This document shows, piece by piece, positions 1 to 11,367 of a stretch of DNA of 64,000 nt. The position numbers and the translations under genes were made by a program. Numbering within the stretch: the first letter of the stretch is position 1; every line of letters begins with the position of its first letter. This DNA comes from Haliotis rubra (Eukaryota): positions 248,001 to 312,000 of the forward strand of contig NW_025767023.1 of the NCBI RefSeq assembly GCF_003918875.1, read 5' to 3'. The notes beneath the pieces are model-generated. The model saw only the letters and a list, made by a program, of their open reading frames with translations, made no database searches and had not been told where the DNA came from.

Positions 1-957
1 GTTAGAGGTAAAGGTAGCGTTCTGTGGGCAATCCTCTTCCGGGTGTCTTTCCTTCAGTTCCCCCTCCACGTGCGTCCATCTGGACGGTCCAACCTTAATC
101 TGACAGCGAATGGCGCATGCAAGTGCTCCTACTACACTTAAAGACAGGTAACCAGTAGATCCTTCACCTTAAAAATGTTCTCGCTGGTGTAGAAACAATA
201 TCTGTTTTGAGCAGAAACTATGTACCTGCTGCCCACAGATCATGTACTGTCATTTCATGATACATCAGGGATAACCATAATTGATTAATGTGATGTTATA
301 TTTAATCACCCGATAGCCAAGCGAAGCGAGGGATATTGTCACAGTACGTTTGTCATGTAGTGAGTGTTGGTGATGTTTTATTCACATCATTTATCACATT
401 TCATCTCTCTCTCTGTGTGTGTGGGGGGGGGGGATGGGATGGGATTACAGTTTACAGTGTTTGGTGAAGTAAGATGTTGGTAGATGGTTGGAAGAGCAGC
501 AGTACCAGACTTCAGCCTGTCGGTAAAACCCACGAGCACCAAACAGGAGGGGGAAGTGGGTGGACAGACGGACCGACAGACGGACGCGCATGTGTATGTG
601 TAGATACTGGCCACAACACCGGAGTGGACCAATCGATTTCCAGAAGTAAAATAGGGCATGCCTCGTTCATCCGATTGAAGTGAACCTAAGTCAGAGAAAT
701 GATAACAGCCACTGACGTTGTAAATAGCACAGACGTTGATAGGATAAATACACCCACGTTTGCAGCATTTCACACATGGTGCCATTCTAACCTAACATAT
801 GTGCCATAACCTAACATATGTGCCAGTTTAAAGGTACTGCGTTCTCAGCAGCTGTCCTTTCCATAATGAAAGGTGCAATAGAGACACCATGACTCACATC
901 ACTAGGTTGAATGACAAACTGGACCTTTTTCAAAAATGCTCTTATCACGACTAATAT

Positions 958-2720
958 TGTGGCGGCCGGGACTCAAACTTCTAATAAACCTTGTCAGTCT
1001 TGTTTTCAGGAAGAGTCAAACACTTCTTTTCAATGAATAAATAGCTTTTTATTCATGGGTATAAATGTACTTCAGCACAATGCTCTTTCTAATAAGTAGA
1101 TCCCTCTCAAGCTTAAGGTTTATGTGCATGGGCCAGTGTTAGGGCAATATAAGTATGACCTTTGACTTTACTGTTATATAGATAAGGTGATGGCTTAATT
1201 ATCTGGGTAATCTGAATAACTTGATAGTTACTAAGATATTACTTTGTGTCTAGGTTCGAAAAGTGCAGTCTATCTATAGCATCAGCTATTATAATTATGT
1301 AAGGACAAGGGGAACTTTTGGGCTGAATTATCTGCCCTTGGTTTGAAACTGACCTGTAGACTGCCAAAGTCAGAATGACCCAACATAGGTCTCACCGTAT
1401 TTATAGGTGTGAGAAAATGGTCACATGTCAGTTCTAGACCAATCAAATTACGAGATATTACGTCCCGTTACGTCCTTATTCTTTTGAGGGATCTACTTTC
1501 ACAACATGAAACCACTGAAATAAAGAGGAAGGCGAATTATCTCAGGAGGCAATCAGGTAGGAAAATGACTATTTTTACCAACCAATTAATTATGTGTAAT
1601 TAATTCATTAAATGCCTTCCAATATCATGAGATCAACAATTGCGTCTCTCTACGTCTTGCTACGTCCTTGCTGCCTGATGAGGGGACGTAATATCAACAA
1701 TCAGCATCGGCTGGGAATTATGATGGACAATTCAAAGAGGAAGATTACAGATGTCAGGAGGCAATTGGAGTTTATCTGACACATAAGATGTTTAAAAACA
1801 TGACTCAGCCCCTTATACAATTTGACAGTGGCACTGGAAGTCATATTTATGAAAAACACGTTCATAAATAATGATGCTGAACATCGCGTATGAATACAAC
1901 AGTGAGAATCACATAGTTCCCGTTGTCAGAATTAACATCGGCTTTGAAACATGACCTGATACATCATCAAGTACAATTCTGGGTTCCTCTACGTAATTCA
2001 CAAGATTACATAAACTTTACAATGCAAAACACTAAGCTGAGTCAAAAGTAGCGGTAACCCCGTTGCGAAATAGACTGGCTGTCACAAAGTTAAAATGGCG
2101 GGCGTCACCAAAACATGTAGCTCGGCCCTGATCACAAATTCACCAAAGAATGGATAATTAACGAGCCTCAAGGGATTATGATCAGTTTGTCGAAGGACAA
2201 GGTAAGATTAATCCATATCGGATAGTTAGTTTTCTCAACTGGACGCTTAGAGCGAGGAAATGTCAAAAGTTACGGTCAATTCAAAACTCTTGAAAAGGTA
2301 AACAAGATCGTTCTGACAGGAGACGTTGTTGACATTGACTCTTACAAAGTACAACTGTGTTCTAAACAAATAGCGTAATGTGATGGCACTAGCTTATGAT
2401 GTTTTACGAATGCAATACATGTTATAATGCTCAAAACAACATGCTACGATCTTTGCTAGATTTCTTACCAAAACAGATTTCAAAACACTGAATTACGTGA
2501 AAACGAGGTTGTCAATAATACTCTAGAGTATATAGCTGCAAAACTAATTACACGATAATTATTATAACAATTTCTGCACTGCTATAAACTATCAAAAATA
2601 CAGATGGGAAATACCTAACAGATATGTCATGATGCCTAATCATTTACAAGCTTTTATAAGTTATGAATTTTGCAATTAAAATGCAGGAGTATTATTTAAA
2701 TCTTCGTGATGGCCATCACA
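958..2720 (-). repeat. 3' LTR (1763 bp)
   Basis: TGTGGCGGCC...GGCCATCACA. Differences seen versus the other LTR: three 1-nt homopolymer differences and one 4-nt indel near 2523. Confidence 0.95.
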
Positions 2721-2723
2721 ACA

Positions 2724-2734
2724 TCCCCCTCTTC
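2724..2734 (-). promoter_or_regulatory. Polypurine tract
   Basis: Minus strand GAAGAGGGGGA, 3 nt before the 3' LTR. Confidence 0.85.
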
Positions 2735-2753
2735 AAAGGTCAGGTCCCCTGAC

Positions 2754-4277
2754 CTATAAATCTGCCTCCAGACGAAGACCGATCCTCTCTGCCTCAATGC
2801 AGCGAACAACTCTGTCGGTGTCGACGGTCCTGTGGCGCTGGGCAGCTTGGTACATCAGGATCGTGGCTCTGGCAGTCTGACCACAGATCCTTCCTTGCGA
2901 GATGTCCAGCAAGGTACGATAATTGTACAGCCGCGACTTTCTGGAGGGTGAATGATCTTCAGCGTTTAGAGCTGTGCCAGGAAGAGCAAGCATGTTCCAC
3001 TTGTCATGGAGGAGACTTCGATCCATCCTTGGGATCCGTCCTTGTAGGCCTTCCTCGAGAGTCATTGCCGCGAATTCCCACTGGAGGAGTCTCTGGTCAG
3101 GGCTGAGGGTCTCCCAGCTCCTAGGAGGCCAAGCGATGTTTCTGTTGCCGGCGGGGAGACGGATGATGTGATTCGTCCAGTCTCGTCGAGCTGGTGGCAA
3201 GAGTGGCATGCAGCCGACGGACAGTATCTTTCTAGCTTCTCTCGCCGTGTCTTCGTCTCTGGACCTCCTGGGAGAGCTGGGTCGTTGGTGGCCTGTACCC
3301 TCAACTCTTCTGGGAAACTTGGAAGAAACCTTCTGCGGGGACTTGCTGGCATTCCTAGATCTTTTCTGCTGTCTCTCTGGGGTTCTCGTCTCTCGAGACT
3401 TTGGTGACGTTCTCGATGCGAATGGAGAGGTCCAGTGCGTGACATTGGTGATTAGGCTTTTCTTTATACCAAGAAGCGATGCCAAAGTGGCTCTTCTTGT
3501 CTCCAACTGGCCTCCCTCCAATTGCTTGCCCTGTCCACTGGGTCGAGGAACGGGTTCAGCCCTTCCAAGAGTCCTCATCCGTCTAGTGAGATTATCGAAC
3601 GACTTAGCATCCATGATCGCCTCTTCAGAAATGCAGGCCTCATAAACAAATCCACCTCCAGGCGTGAAGAACATGGCCGTGGCATTGCTGCTCTGGAGGG
3701 TGATGTTCTTCAGCTCGAGCTGGGTTGACGCATCACACTGGCTACTGAGGGGATTGTATTCAACGGTTGGTGTTTCCTCCTCCTGTCCGATGCTAATGTC
3801 GCCCTCTGTGATGATGGACAAGACATCTTCTAGAGCTTCAGATGACTCAGCAGGTACAGCCTTGATGGTGTTAGCCTTCAGGTTTTCCCAACCCTCTTCC
3901 CATTCCTCCTCAGTCCTCAGTGCACCTCCTTGGGTGGATGCCCAAAGGAGGACCATTTCCCGCGTGGAACATGACAGAGGTGTATTCCAAGCTGGAGCAG
4001 GCACCACCCTCTTGTAAACTGTCGGATTAAGTGAGAACCAAGCAGCATTGCTCTCGATGAGAAGTCGGGATCCAAGTCCAGCAGTTGAACTTTATGCTTG
4101 GCTTCACAATGTAAGCTTCCACTCCGATACCCTTGCAAAGGTCTGGAACACTGGGCATAGGATGCAGGCAACCTTAAGCTTATGATGAGGTGCAGCGGCA
4201 AAATGGTTCTTCAGTTCCTTCTTCGTTGGAAACGACTTGTCACATGCTCCAATTCCACATGCATACTTGCTTGCCAT
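2754..4277 (-). CDS. ORF3, about 507 aa: two N-terminal C2H2-type zinc fingers, acidic and basic low-complexity linkers, C-terminal domain of unknown function; interrupted by a compensating +1/-1 indel pair at ~4050-4115
   Basis: MASKYACGIGACDKSFPTKKELKNHFAAAPHH and CILCPVFQTFARVSEWK(LHCEAKH). ORFs 4104-4337 and 2754-4007 are in the same frame. The stop lies ~20 nt before the PPT. Confidence 0.7.
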
Positions 4278-4945
4278 ACTTGCTTGAATTAGGTAGTGTA
4301 TTCTGTAACACAAATGTTTTCTTTTAGGATGTCCCATACACCCAATAAAGCAGCATACAATTCTGTCTTAAATGCCATCACATTTAATTACACTAAAGTT
4401 TATGTTGTAAGGTCAACTCTACAACCCTGACTCTGGTTTGCAAGGATCCCTAATAAATGTTAAGCATCACAGGACACATCTCAGCTTCAATCTCTACGTG
4501 GGTCACCTACATCCGTTCTGTGTACTCCGTTCTCATACGATGCCAAGATCAAATGCCACAGAAAGAATAGTAAACAACATCAAGTCAGCAGGTTCCAGGG
4601 TGATCAGGCCTAGTCTTACTGCGTTACGTGATGGATCCATCGTCGTCCGCTGCAGCACTTCCATCAACATGTTCTCTCTGCTTGCAGACATCTGGCGCTG
4701 TATGATGACACAAGTTAAGGTTCCACCCTTAGAAGTTTTAAGTCCTAGTACAGCTCCCTACGACTTATTAGAGCAATCCACGCAAGAAATGACTTCATCA
4801 CATCAGTTCAAGATTCTTCTTCAGGACACAACTTGTTCTATCCAACTATATATTTACATGTTAATAAAACAACAACATTGTTAACAATAAAGATAAACTT
4901 CTGAACTTTTTCAAATAGTGTTGAGACAGATTCTCAAGGGCCAAT

Positions 4946-5610
4946 CTACTGGTTTCTTGAAATTGACTGCTGACATCTTTTGATCCAAGAGGGGAGGTTC
5001 CTCCCTCTGTAGAGTAGCAGCCGGTCCACATGGAACACCTTGGAAGGTTGCTTGAGGGACCTTCTCACAAGGTAGGTGACATCGTCTATCCTTTTCTCTA
5101 TGAGATAGGGTCCTTTCCAACTTGAAATGAGCTTCTGGCAGACGCCACGTTTCCGGACAGGGTTGTGGAGCCATGCAGCTTGTCCCTTTTTAAGACTTCG
5201 TCCCTTGGTCTTGAGATCATAGTTCTTTTTCCTATATTCTGCTGTTTGTTTCAGGGATCTTCTGCCAGCTTCATGAGCTTGTTTCAGTTTATCTTCCAAT
5301 GTTAAGAGATAACTTGCAACATCAGACCGATCGCGAAGTTCTTCTGGCCTCCCAATGACTGCTCGGTTGACTTCAGTCTTCAGTCTCCCGTCTTGTGTGA
5401 CCATCTGACTTCCCTCTTTATCCGAAGACTCTTCCACTTGCTGCTCTTGTTCCTGGCTGAGGCAAGCTTTACCCCCATGTAGGACACCTCGAATGAATCC
5501 ATTACCCCAACCCCTTGTAGAGTTTTCAGTCAGTCCATCTCGGATACCAGTTTCTTCAGGCCTTGAATTCCCTGTCTCCCCATGGCCTACTGAGTCGACA
5601 GGAAGGCATT
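4946..5610 (-). CDS. pol: Truncated Pol (-1 frame): pre-protease leader fused in frame to the integrase C-terminal GPY/F domain
   Basis: The -1 frame is open from the slippery site G GGA AAT (5614-5608) to the stop at 4946. Contains KLISSWKGPYLI...VFHVDRL. No DTG, YxDD or DDE motifs. Confidence 0.8.
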
Positions 5611-6651
5611 TCCCTGCATCTCTCCAGTCCCAGCATTAAATGTGGACATCTGTTCTTGGCATCTTTTGTATATCGGGCAGTCCTTCATAAAGTGTTCTCT
5701 TGATTTGCAGATGAAACAAGTCCTTTGATTTTGAGGTCGATCATTTCTCTTTTCATATCTGAAGTTGTTACCCCTTTCCAGCTTCTCTAACCTCGCCATG
5801 ATCTTGTTCAGTACATCATCACCCTGAAGATCTTCTCTAAGCTTGGGTGTGCTTCCATGTTGCATAGTAGCAAACTCTCCTTGATTTCTGTTCCCTACTG
5901 CCCTGACTTGTCTCTTCTTTTCTCGGTGGTCACCAACTAATGCTTCAAACCTTTCAATGACTTCCACGGCTTCTGAAAGTGTCCTGCATCCTCTATCAAT
6001 GCAATGAAACTTGAGCTCTGGTGAAACTGTTTTATACAGCTGATTAAGGGCAATAGCTTCCTGTGCTCTGCTATCCAAGTTTACATATGCCCTTTGGGTC
6101 ATCTGTCTCAGGTCATCAGCCAGAGCTGCAACGGATTCTGCCGTCTGCCTCTGTCTGACTTCTAGTCTTGAGAGCCATAAGCTCTGTTGTCTTTCACTCC
6201 CAAACCGATGATTGAGATTCCTGACAAGCATATGCAGTGACCTCTTCTGATGTGGTGCCAGTCCCATGTAGAACGTCCTAGCAACCCCCTTCAGGCTGGC
6301 AGCAAGCACTAAGAGTTGCTGGTCCATGGGCCAGTCACCTAGTTCTGCACAATTCTTGAAATGGGACAGGTACTCTTCCCAGTCTGTTGTCCCATCATAG
6401 AAATCTGGTCTAATTGTAAAGGGTGTCCTTCTTCTTGGTATGGCCATTGGCCTTCTTGGTGTTGTATCACTCCTGTGGCGTACCCTTATGTCTCCACTGG
6501 AATTGCTTGGCTCTTCATCAATTGATTCAGCCTCTTCAATAACTTCATCAAGTATCTCCTCCTCAAAAGAGATGTCCCCTTGTCCCTCTTCTGTTGCAGT
6601 TTGCTGACATTTGTCAAAAGAAACTTCAGCGTCTGGAGATACTGTAGCCAT
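5587..6651 (-). CDS. gag: Retrotransposon Gag (capsid-like region + CCHC zinc knuckle)
   Basis: Uninterrupted ORF; first ATG at 6651. Contains the Gypsy gag motif PDFYDGTTDWEEYLSHF and the knuckle CFICKSREHFMKDC. Confidence 0.92.
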   Translation of the reverse strand: MATVSPDAEVSFDKCQQTATEEGQGDISFEEEILDEVIEEAESIDEEPSNSSGDIRVRHRSDTTPRRPMAIPRRRTPFTIRPDFYDGTTDWEEYLSHFKNCAELGDWPMDQQLLVLAASLKGVARTFYMGLAPHQKRSLHMLVRNLNHRFGSERQQSLWLSRLEVRQRQTAESVAALADDLRQMTQRAYVNLDSRAQEAIALNQLYKTVSPELKFHCIDRGCRTLSEAVEVIERFEALVGDHREKKRQVRAVGNRNQGEFATMQHGSTPKLREDLQGDDVLNKIMARLEKLERGNNFRYEKRNDRPQNQRTCFICKSREHFMKDCPIYKRCQEQMSTFNAGTGEMQGNAFLSTQ

Positions 6652-6713
6652 CTTGTCACTGGTCCTAACTGTGAGTCCTTTGGTTCGTATCAAGGATGTT
6701 TAAAAATATAAAC

Positions 6714-6731
6714 ATCCCACTTCTGACACCA
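6714..6731 (-). promoter_or_regulatory. Primer-binding site, tRNA-Leu(CAA)
   Basis: Minus strand TGGTGTCAGAAGTGGGAT, 3 nt inside the 5' LTR boundary; complementary to the ATCCCACTTCTGACACCA 3' end of eukaryotic tRNA-Leu(CAA). Confidence 0.9.
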
Positions 6732-6734
6732 GTT

Positions 6735-8496
6735 TGTGGCGGCCGGGACTCAAACTTCTAATAAACCTTGTCAGTCTTGTTTTCAGGAAGAGTCAAACAC
6801 TTCTTTTCAATGAATAAATAGCTTTTTATTCATGGGTATAAATGTACTTCAGCACAATGCTCTTTCTAATAAGTAGATCCCTCTCAAGCTTAAGGTTTAT
6901 GTGCATGGGCCAGTGTTAGGGCAATATAAGTATGACCTTTGACTTTACTGTTATATAGATAAGGTGATGGCTTAATTATCTGGGTAATCTGAATAACTTG
7001 ATAGTTACTAAGATATTACTTTGTGTCTAGGTTCGAAAAGTGCAGTCTATCTATAGCATCAGCTATTATAATTATGTAAGGACAAGGGGAACTTTTGGGC
7101 TGAATTATCTGCCCTTGGTTTGAAACTGACCTGTAGACTGCCAAAGTCAGAATGACCCAACATAGGTCTCACCGTATTTATAGGTGTGAGAAAATGGTCA
7201 CATGTCAGTTCTAGACCAATCAAATTACGAGATATTACGTCCCGTTACGTCCTTATTCTTTTGAGGGATCTACTTTCACAACATGAAACCACTGAAATAA
7301 AGAGGAAGGCGAATTATCTCAGGAGGCAATCAGGTAGGAAAATGACTATTTTTACCAACCAATTAATTATGTGTAATTAATTCATTAAATGCCTTCCAAT
7401 ATCATGAGATCAACAATTGCGTCTCTCTACGTCTTGCTACGTCCTTGCTGCCTGATGAGGGGACGTAATATCAACAATCAGCATCGGCTGGGAATTATGA
7501 TGGACAATTCAAAGAGGAAGATTACAGATGTCAGGAGGCAATTGGAGTTTATCTGACACATAAGATGTTTAAAAACATGACTCAGCCCCTTATACAATTT
7601 GACAGTGGCACTGGAAGTCATATTTATGAAAAACACGTTCATAAATAATGATGCTGAACATCGCGTATGAATACAACAGTGAGAATCACATAGTTCCCGT
7701 TGTCAGAATTAACATCGGCTTTGAAACATGACCTGATACATCATCAAGTACAATTCTGGGTTCCTCTACGTAATTCACAAGATTACATAAACTTTACAAT
7801 GCAAAACACTAAGCTGAGTCAAAAGTAGCGGTAACCCCGTTGCGAAATAGACTGGCTGTCACAAAGTTAAAATGGCGGGCGTCACCAAAACATGTAGCTC
7901 GGCCCTGATCACAAATTCACCAAAGAATGGATAATTAACGAGCCTCAAGGGATTATGATCAGTTTGTCGAAGGACAAGGTAAGATTAATCCATATCGGAT
8001 AGTTAGTTTTCTCAACTGGACGCTTAGAGCGAGGAAATGTCAAAAAGTTACGGTCAATTCAAAAACTCTTGAAAAGGTAAACAAGATCGTTCTGACAGGA
8101 GACGTTGTTGACATTGACTCTTACAAAGTACAACTGTGTTCTAAACAAATAGCGTAATGTGATGGCACTAGCTTATGATGTTTTACGAATGCAATACATG
8201 TTATAATGCTCAAAACAACATGCTACGATCTTTTGCTAGATTTCTTACCAAAACAGATTTCAAAACACTGAATTACGTGAAAACGAGGTTGTCAATAATA
8301 CTCGTATATAGCTGCAAAACTAATTACACGATAATTATTATAACAATTTCTGCACTGCTATAAACTATCAAAAATACAGATGGGAAATACCTAACAGATA
8401 TGTCATGATGCCTAATCATTTACAAGCTTTTATAAGTTATGAATTTTGCAATTAAAATGCAGGAGTATTATTTAAATCTTCGTGATGGCCATCACA
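6735..8496 (-). repeat. 5' LTR (1762 bp)
   Basis: Near-identical copy of 958-2720; directly followed on the minus strand by the PBS. Confidence 0.95.
7175..7182 (-). promoter_or_regulatory. Candidate TATA box of the 5' LTR promoter
   Basis: Minus strand TATAAATA, with a CCAAT motif ~35-40 nt upstream and an AATAAA signal further downstream in the LTR. Motif match only. Confidence 0.4.
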
Positions 8497-11262
8497 CCAT
8501 GTAATGATTGGGATCTATTCATAGACAATACCGCCAATCCCTACATATCACAACAGGATATGGAAACTAGCCACAAACACGATACCCTATATCTACCACC
8601 GAAAGCTCAACTGCGGTACTGATTCACCCGCGCCCTCACACGGAGGACAGAGCAAGAGCATAAGCAAACTTCCCAACCGACCTGCTTGCATACATTTGAA
8701 GAAACGTGCAATTATTTTAAGGTAATCGAATTTGAATATATTGCTTAGTTGTTCTTTTTAATTACATAACTGCTTGTTAGAAAGAAATTTTAGATGATTT
8801 GACTAACCTGTTATTAAATTACTGATGTGGTATACAAGCATTCTGTAAACCTGTCAGATGGATGAAAGAATAGTTGGAAGAACGGAAGGACGTTGTGCAT
8901 GTGCATGTGCGGACGCTGGATTAAGTTGGCTCGTGGACAAATAGGTTTCCCGACATAAAATAGGAGGTGTTATGTCTATCATAATATTCAAGTAAACATC
9001 TTGGTGATATGCATCAATGTAGTCTCAAAATTAATGGAAGGGACCAGTTAAAACTAACTAGAAGAAATATTCGACACCAATGTTCAGTCGATAAAACAAC
9101 ATACAACACAATTCTAACAAATTGCCGTACCCTGCTTTGAAATGAACTGGTTTACTAGACTACCTGTTTCTGTAATGTCGGCCTTTTCATTGAAACAACG
9201 AAACGTGTGGTCATTTTCCATAGTTGCTTTTTTCACATGAAATGCTATATTCAATAACGACACAATATGTGCAGTTTACTATATATTACGTTGAGAACGA
9301 ATGTGCTTTGTTCGAAATTGAAGGTGAAAAGATTAACACGTCTTCTTCTTGACATCCGCCCTTTGTTCAAGATTTCACGTGCACTTGTATTACACACGCA
9401 ACTTTCGTGTCACATTCTAATACACTTAGTTCCACAAGTTGTCGCTGCACGCATTGTTGACACTAGCTAGAATGTACTGACTCTACGTTTGTTCAATGTG
9501 CACAAACGCTGATATTTCCTCACACCACGTGTAACTTGCAAAGGGGTTATGGAGAAGCTGACAATTCTATTGTGTTATGGTATTTTAATTTGAATGCATT
9601 GTTTAGATGTTTAGTTTCATTACATACCTGAATGTTACGTCACAAATATAGGTGATATGGCTACTCTGTTATTACGTTAGGGATGTGGTACAGAATTATT
9701 CTTATTAAACAGTGGCAGAGTGGATAAAATAGGAGGTATTATGTCCATCACAATAGTCACATTTGATCTAACCACTTGGTGATTGGCAAGAATGTCGTCT
9801 TATCAAGTGTGTTGCAGTTCAAATGTGAATTCTCAGCAAGTATTGGTCCCAAAATGTAAACAAAATGTATTCTTTTGAATGAGACTTTTTCACCGGTTCA
9901 GGGATTTAAGAGTTCTTCAAGTTCAACAAGGGTAAATCTTTATTATGAGTGGTAATACAATATTCAGTGTGATGAATACCATCATCCAGCAGTTCTGTAT
10001 CGGTACCATGCGATGCACTCAGTTCATTAAGAAAGAAATCGTAAAATGTTGCAACATCAGGCCCTTGGTAGGAAATAGTGTTCTTATCGTTTAGGGTTTT
10101 AAATAAAATAAAGATTTCCAGGCGAATTGTTAGCTTAAGTGTCATTTTTGTGAGAGTTACAGAGGAATGATTTTAAGTTTTTACGTTTGTCAAGCAATTT
10201 ATTCTATATCCTGTGTTAGTTTAAACTTTTAACTTTGTCAAACTACAAAAGAAAGTATTTTCCTTTTTAAACACGTGTTCTATTTTTTTGGTCAAAACCT
10301 GTGTCTCTTATAACTTAATATGATTAGCGCTGTATCATATTCTTACTGTACCAAGTCGTTTGTCTGTATATATATTCTTTCAAAGATGTACAGCGGTAAG
10401 ACGTAAATAAAATATCTGTCTGTCTGTCTACAAATTACAGATGGCATCCCATGCTCTGCCGCTACAGTGTACAGAAAGGAGTGAGGGAAATGACCGATCT
10501 GACCTGCCCCTCCCTGCTGTGCTGGATGCACCACCCGACCCTGCAAACAACGTGGCCAGTCGGCGAGAGGCAACTGCAGTAGCCCACGACGTTACCAGAC
10601 GCAGCGTCCAGGCGGAAGATAGTGGTAAAGCGTCACAGCTGGTTGTGTCATGAAGACTCATCGAACTGATAATCTGTGATCAGTTTAAAGGACTGTAAGA
10701 GCGTTTTCCGTGATGCAAATTACATTTTTATACACCTTACTTCGATATAATGTCTATCCAGAGAACAATTTGCTATGTCCATACAGTCGAGAAACGTATA
10801 TATGAGAATGTTGAGTTTATATTTTAACTATGACTGTACTTGCTGAATGAATGAAGATCTATCGACACTCCACTGATGTCTATCAAATGTTGTATATCTG
10901 TAGTTATATGAACAATACATAAGACACTGTCATCCAGCGCGGGAGTGGGCCGAGTGCAGGAACCTTGTTTAATGTTTTATATGTCCTAACATGTTTGTTA
11001 AAACTCGCAGATTGGTTTTACACATATTTTATTCACAAAAGATGAATGGGATACTGTACAAGTTCTCCAATTTAGGACACTTTCTCCCAGATATTTACAA
11101 CTGGACCACAACGTGTACTACATCTGAACAGAACAACAGGAAGGAAATGAATAGGAATGTCAAGACTTTGTACCTTATGGCTATAACATGGTTATAGCTG
11201 CATGTGTCGGGCACCTGAACACCTTTATAGTCTATACATCTTATACATCTGGTGCTGTCTAT

Positions 11263-11367
11263 CGGTGGGGTAGCCTAGTGGTCAAAGAGTTCGCATGTCA
11301 CGCCGAAGACCCGGGTTCGATTCTCCACATGGGTACAATGTGTGTACATCATTCCTGGTGTACCCCG
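11263..11367 (+). mobile_element. SINE family A, 3'-truncated
   Basis: Head and core match the other copies. Confidence 0.75.

Larger units (their letters stand above)
958..8496 (-). mobile_element. Gypsy/Ty3-type LTR retrotransposon, non-autonomous (gag + internally deleted pol + extra ORF)
   Basis: Two direct repeats (958-2720, 6735-8496) with TG...CA ends, PBS and PPT in minus orientation, CCHC gag and a GPY-type integrase tail. No RT/RH/PR motifs in between. Confidence 0.95.

Noticed and set aside
1409-1603. 64-aa ORF duplicated at 7186-7380
   Set aside because: GTG start, antisense to the element, and duplicated only because it lies in the LTR.
2754-4277. Calling ORF3 an envelope gene
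   Set aside because: No signal peptide or transmembrane segment; it has zinc fingers instead.
4438-4884. 148-aa antisense ORF inside the LTR element
   Set aside because: TTG start and no recognisable motif; not supportable.
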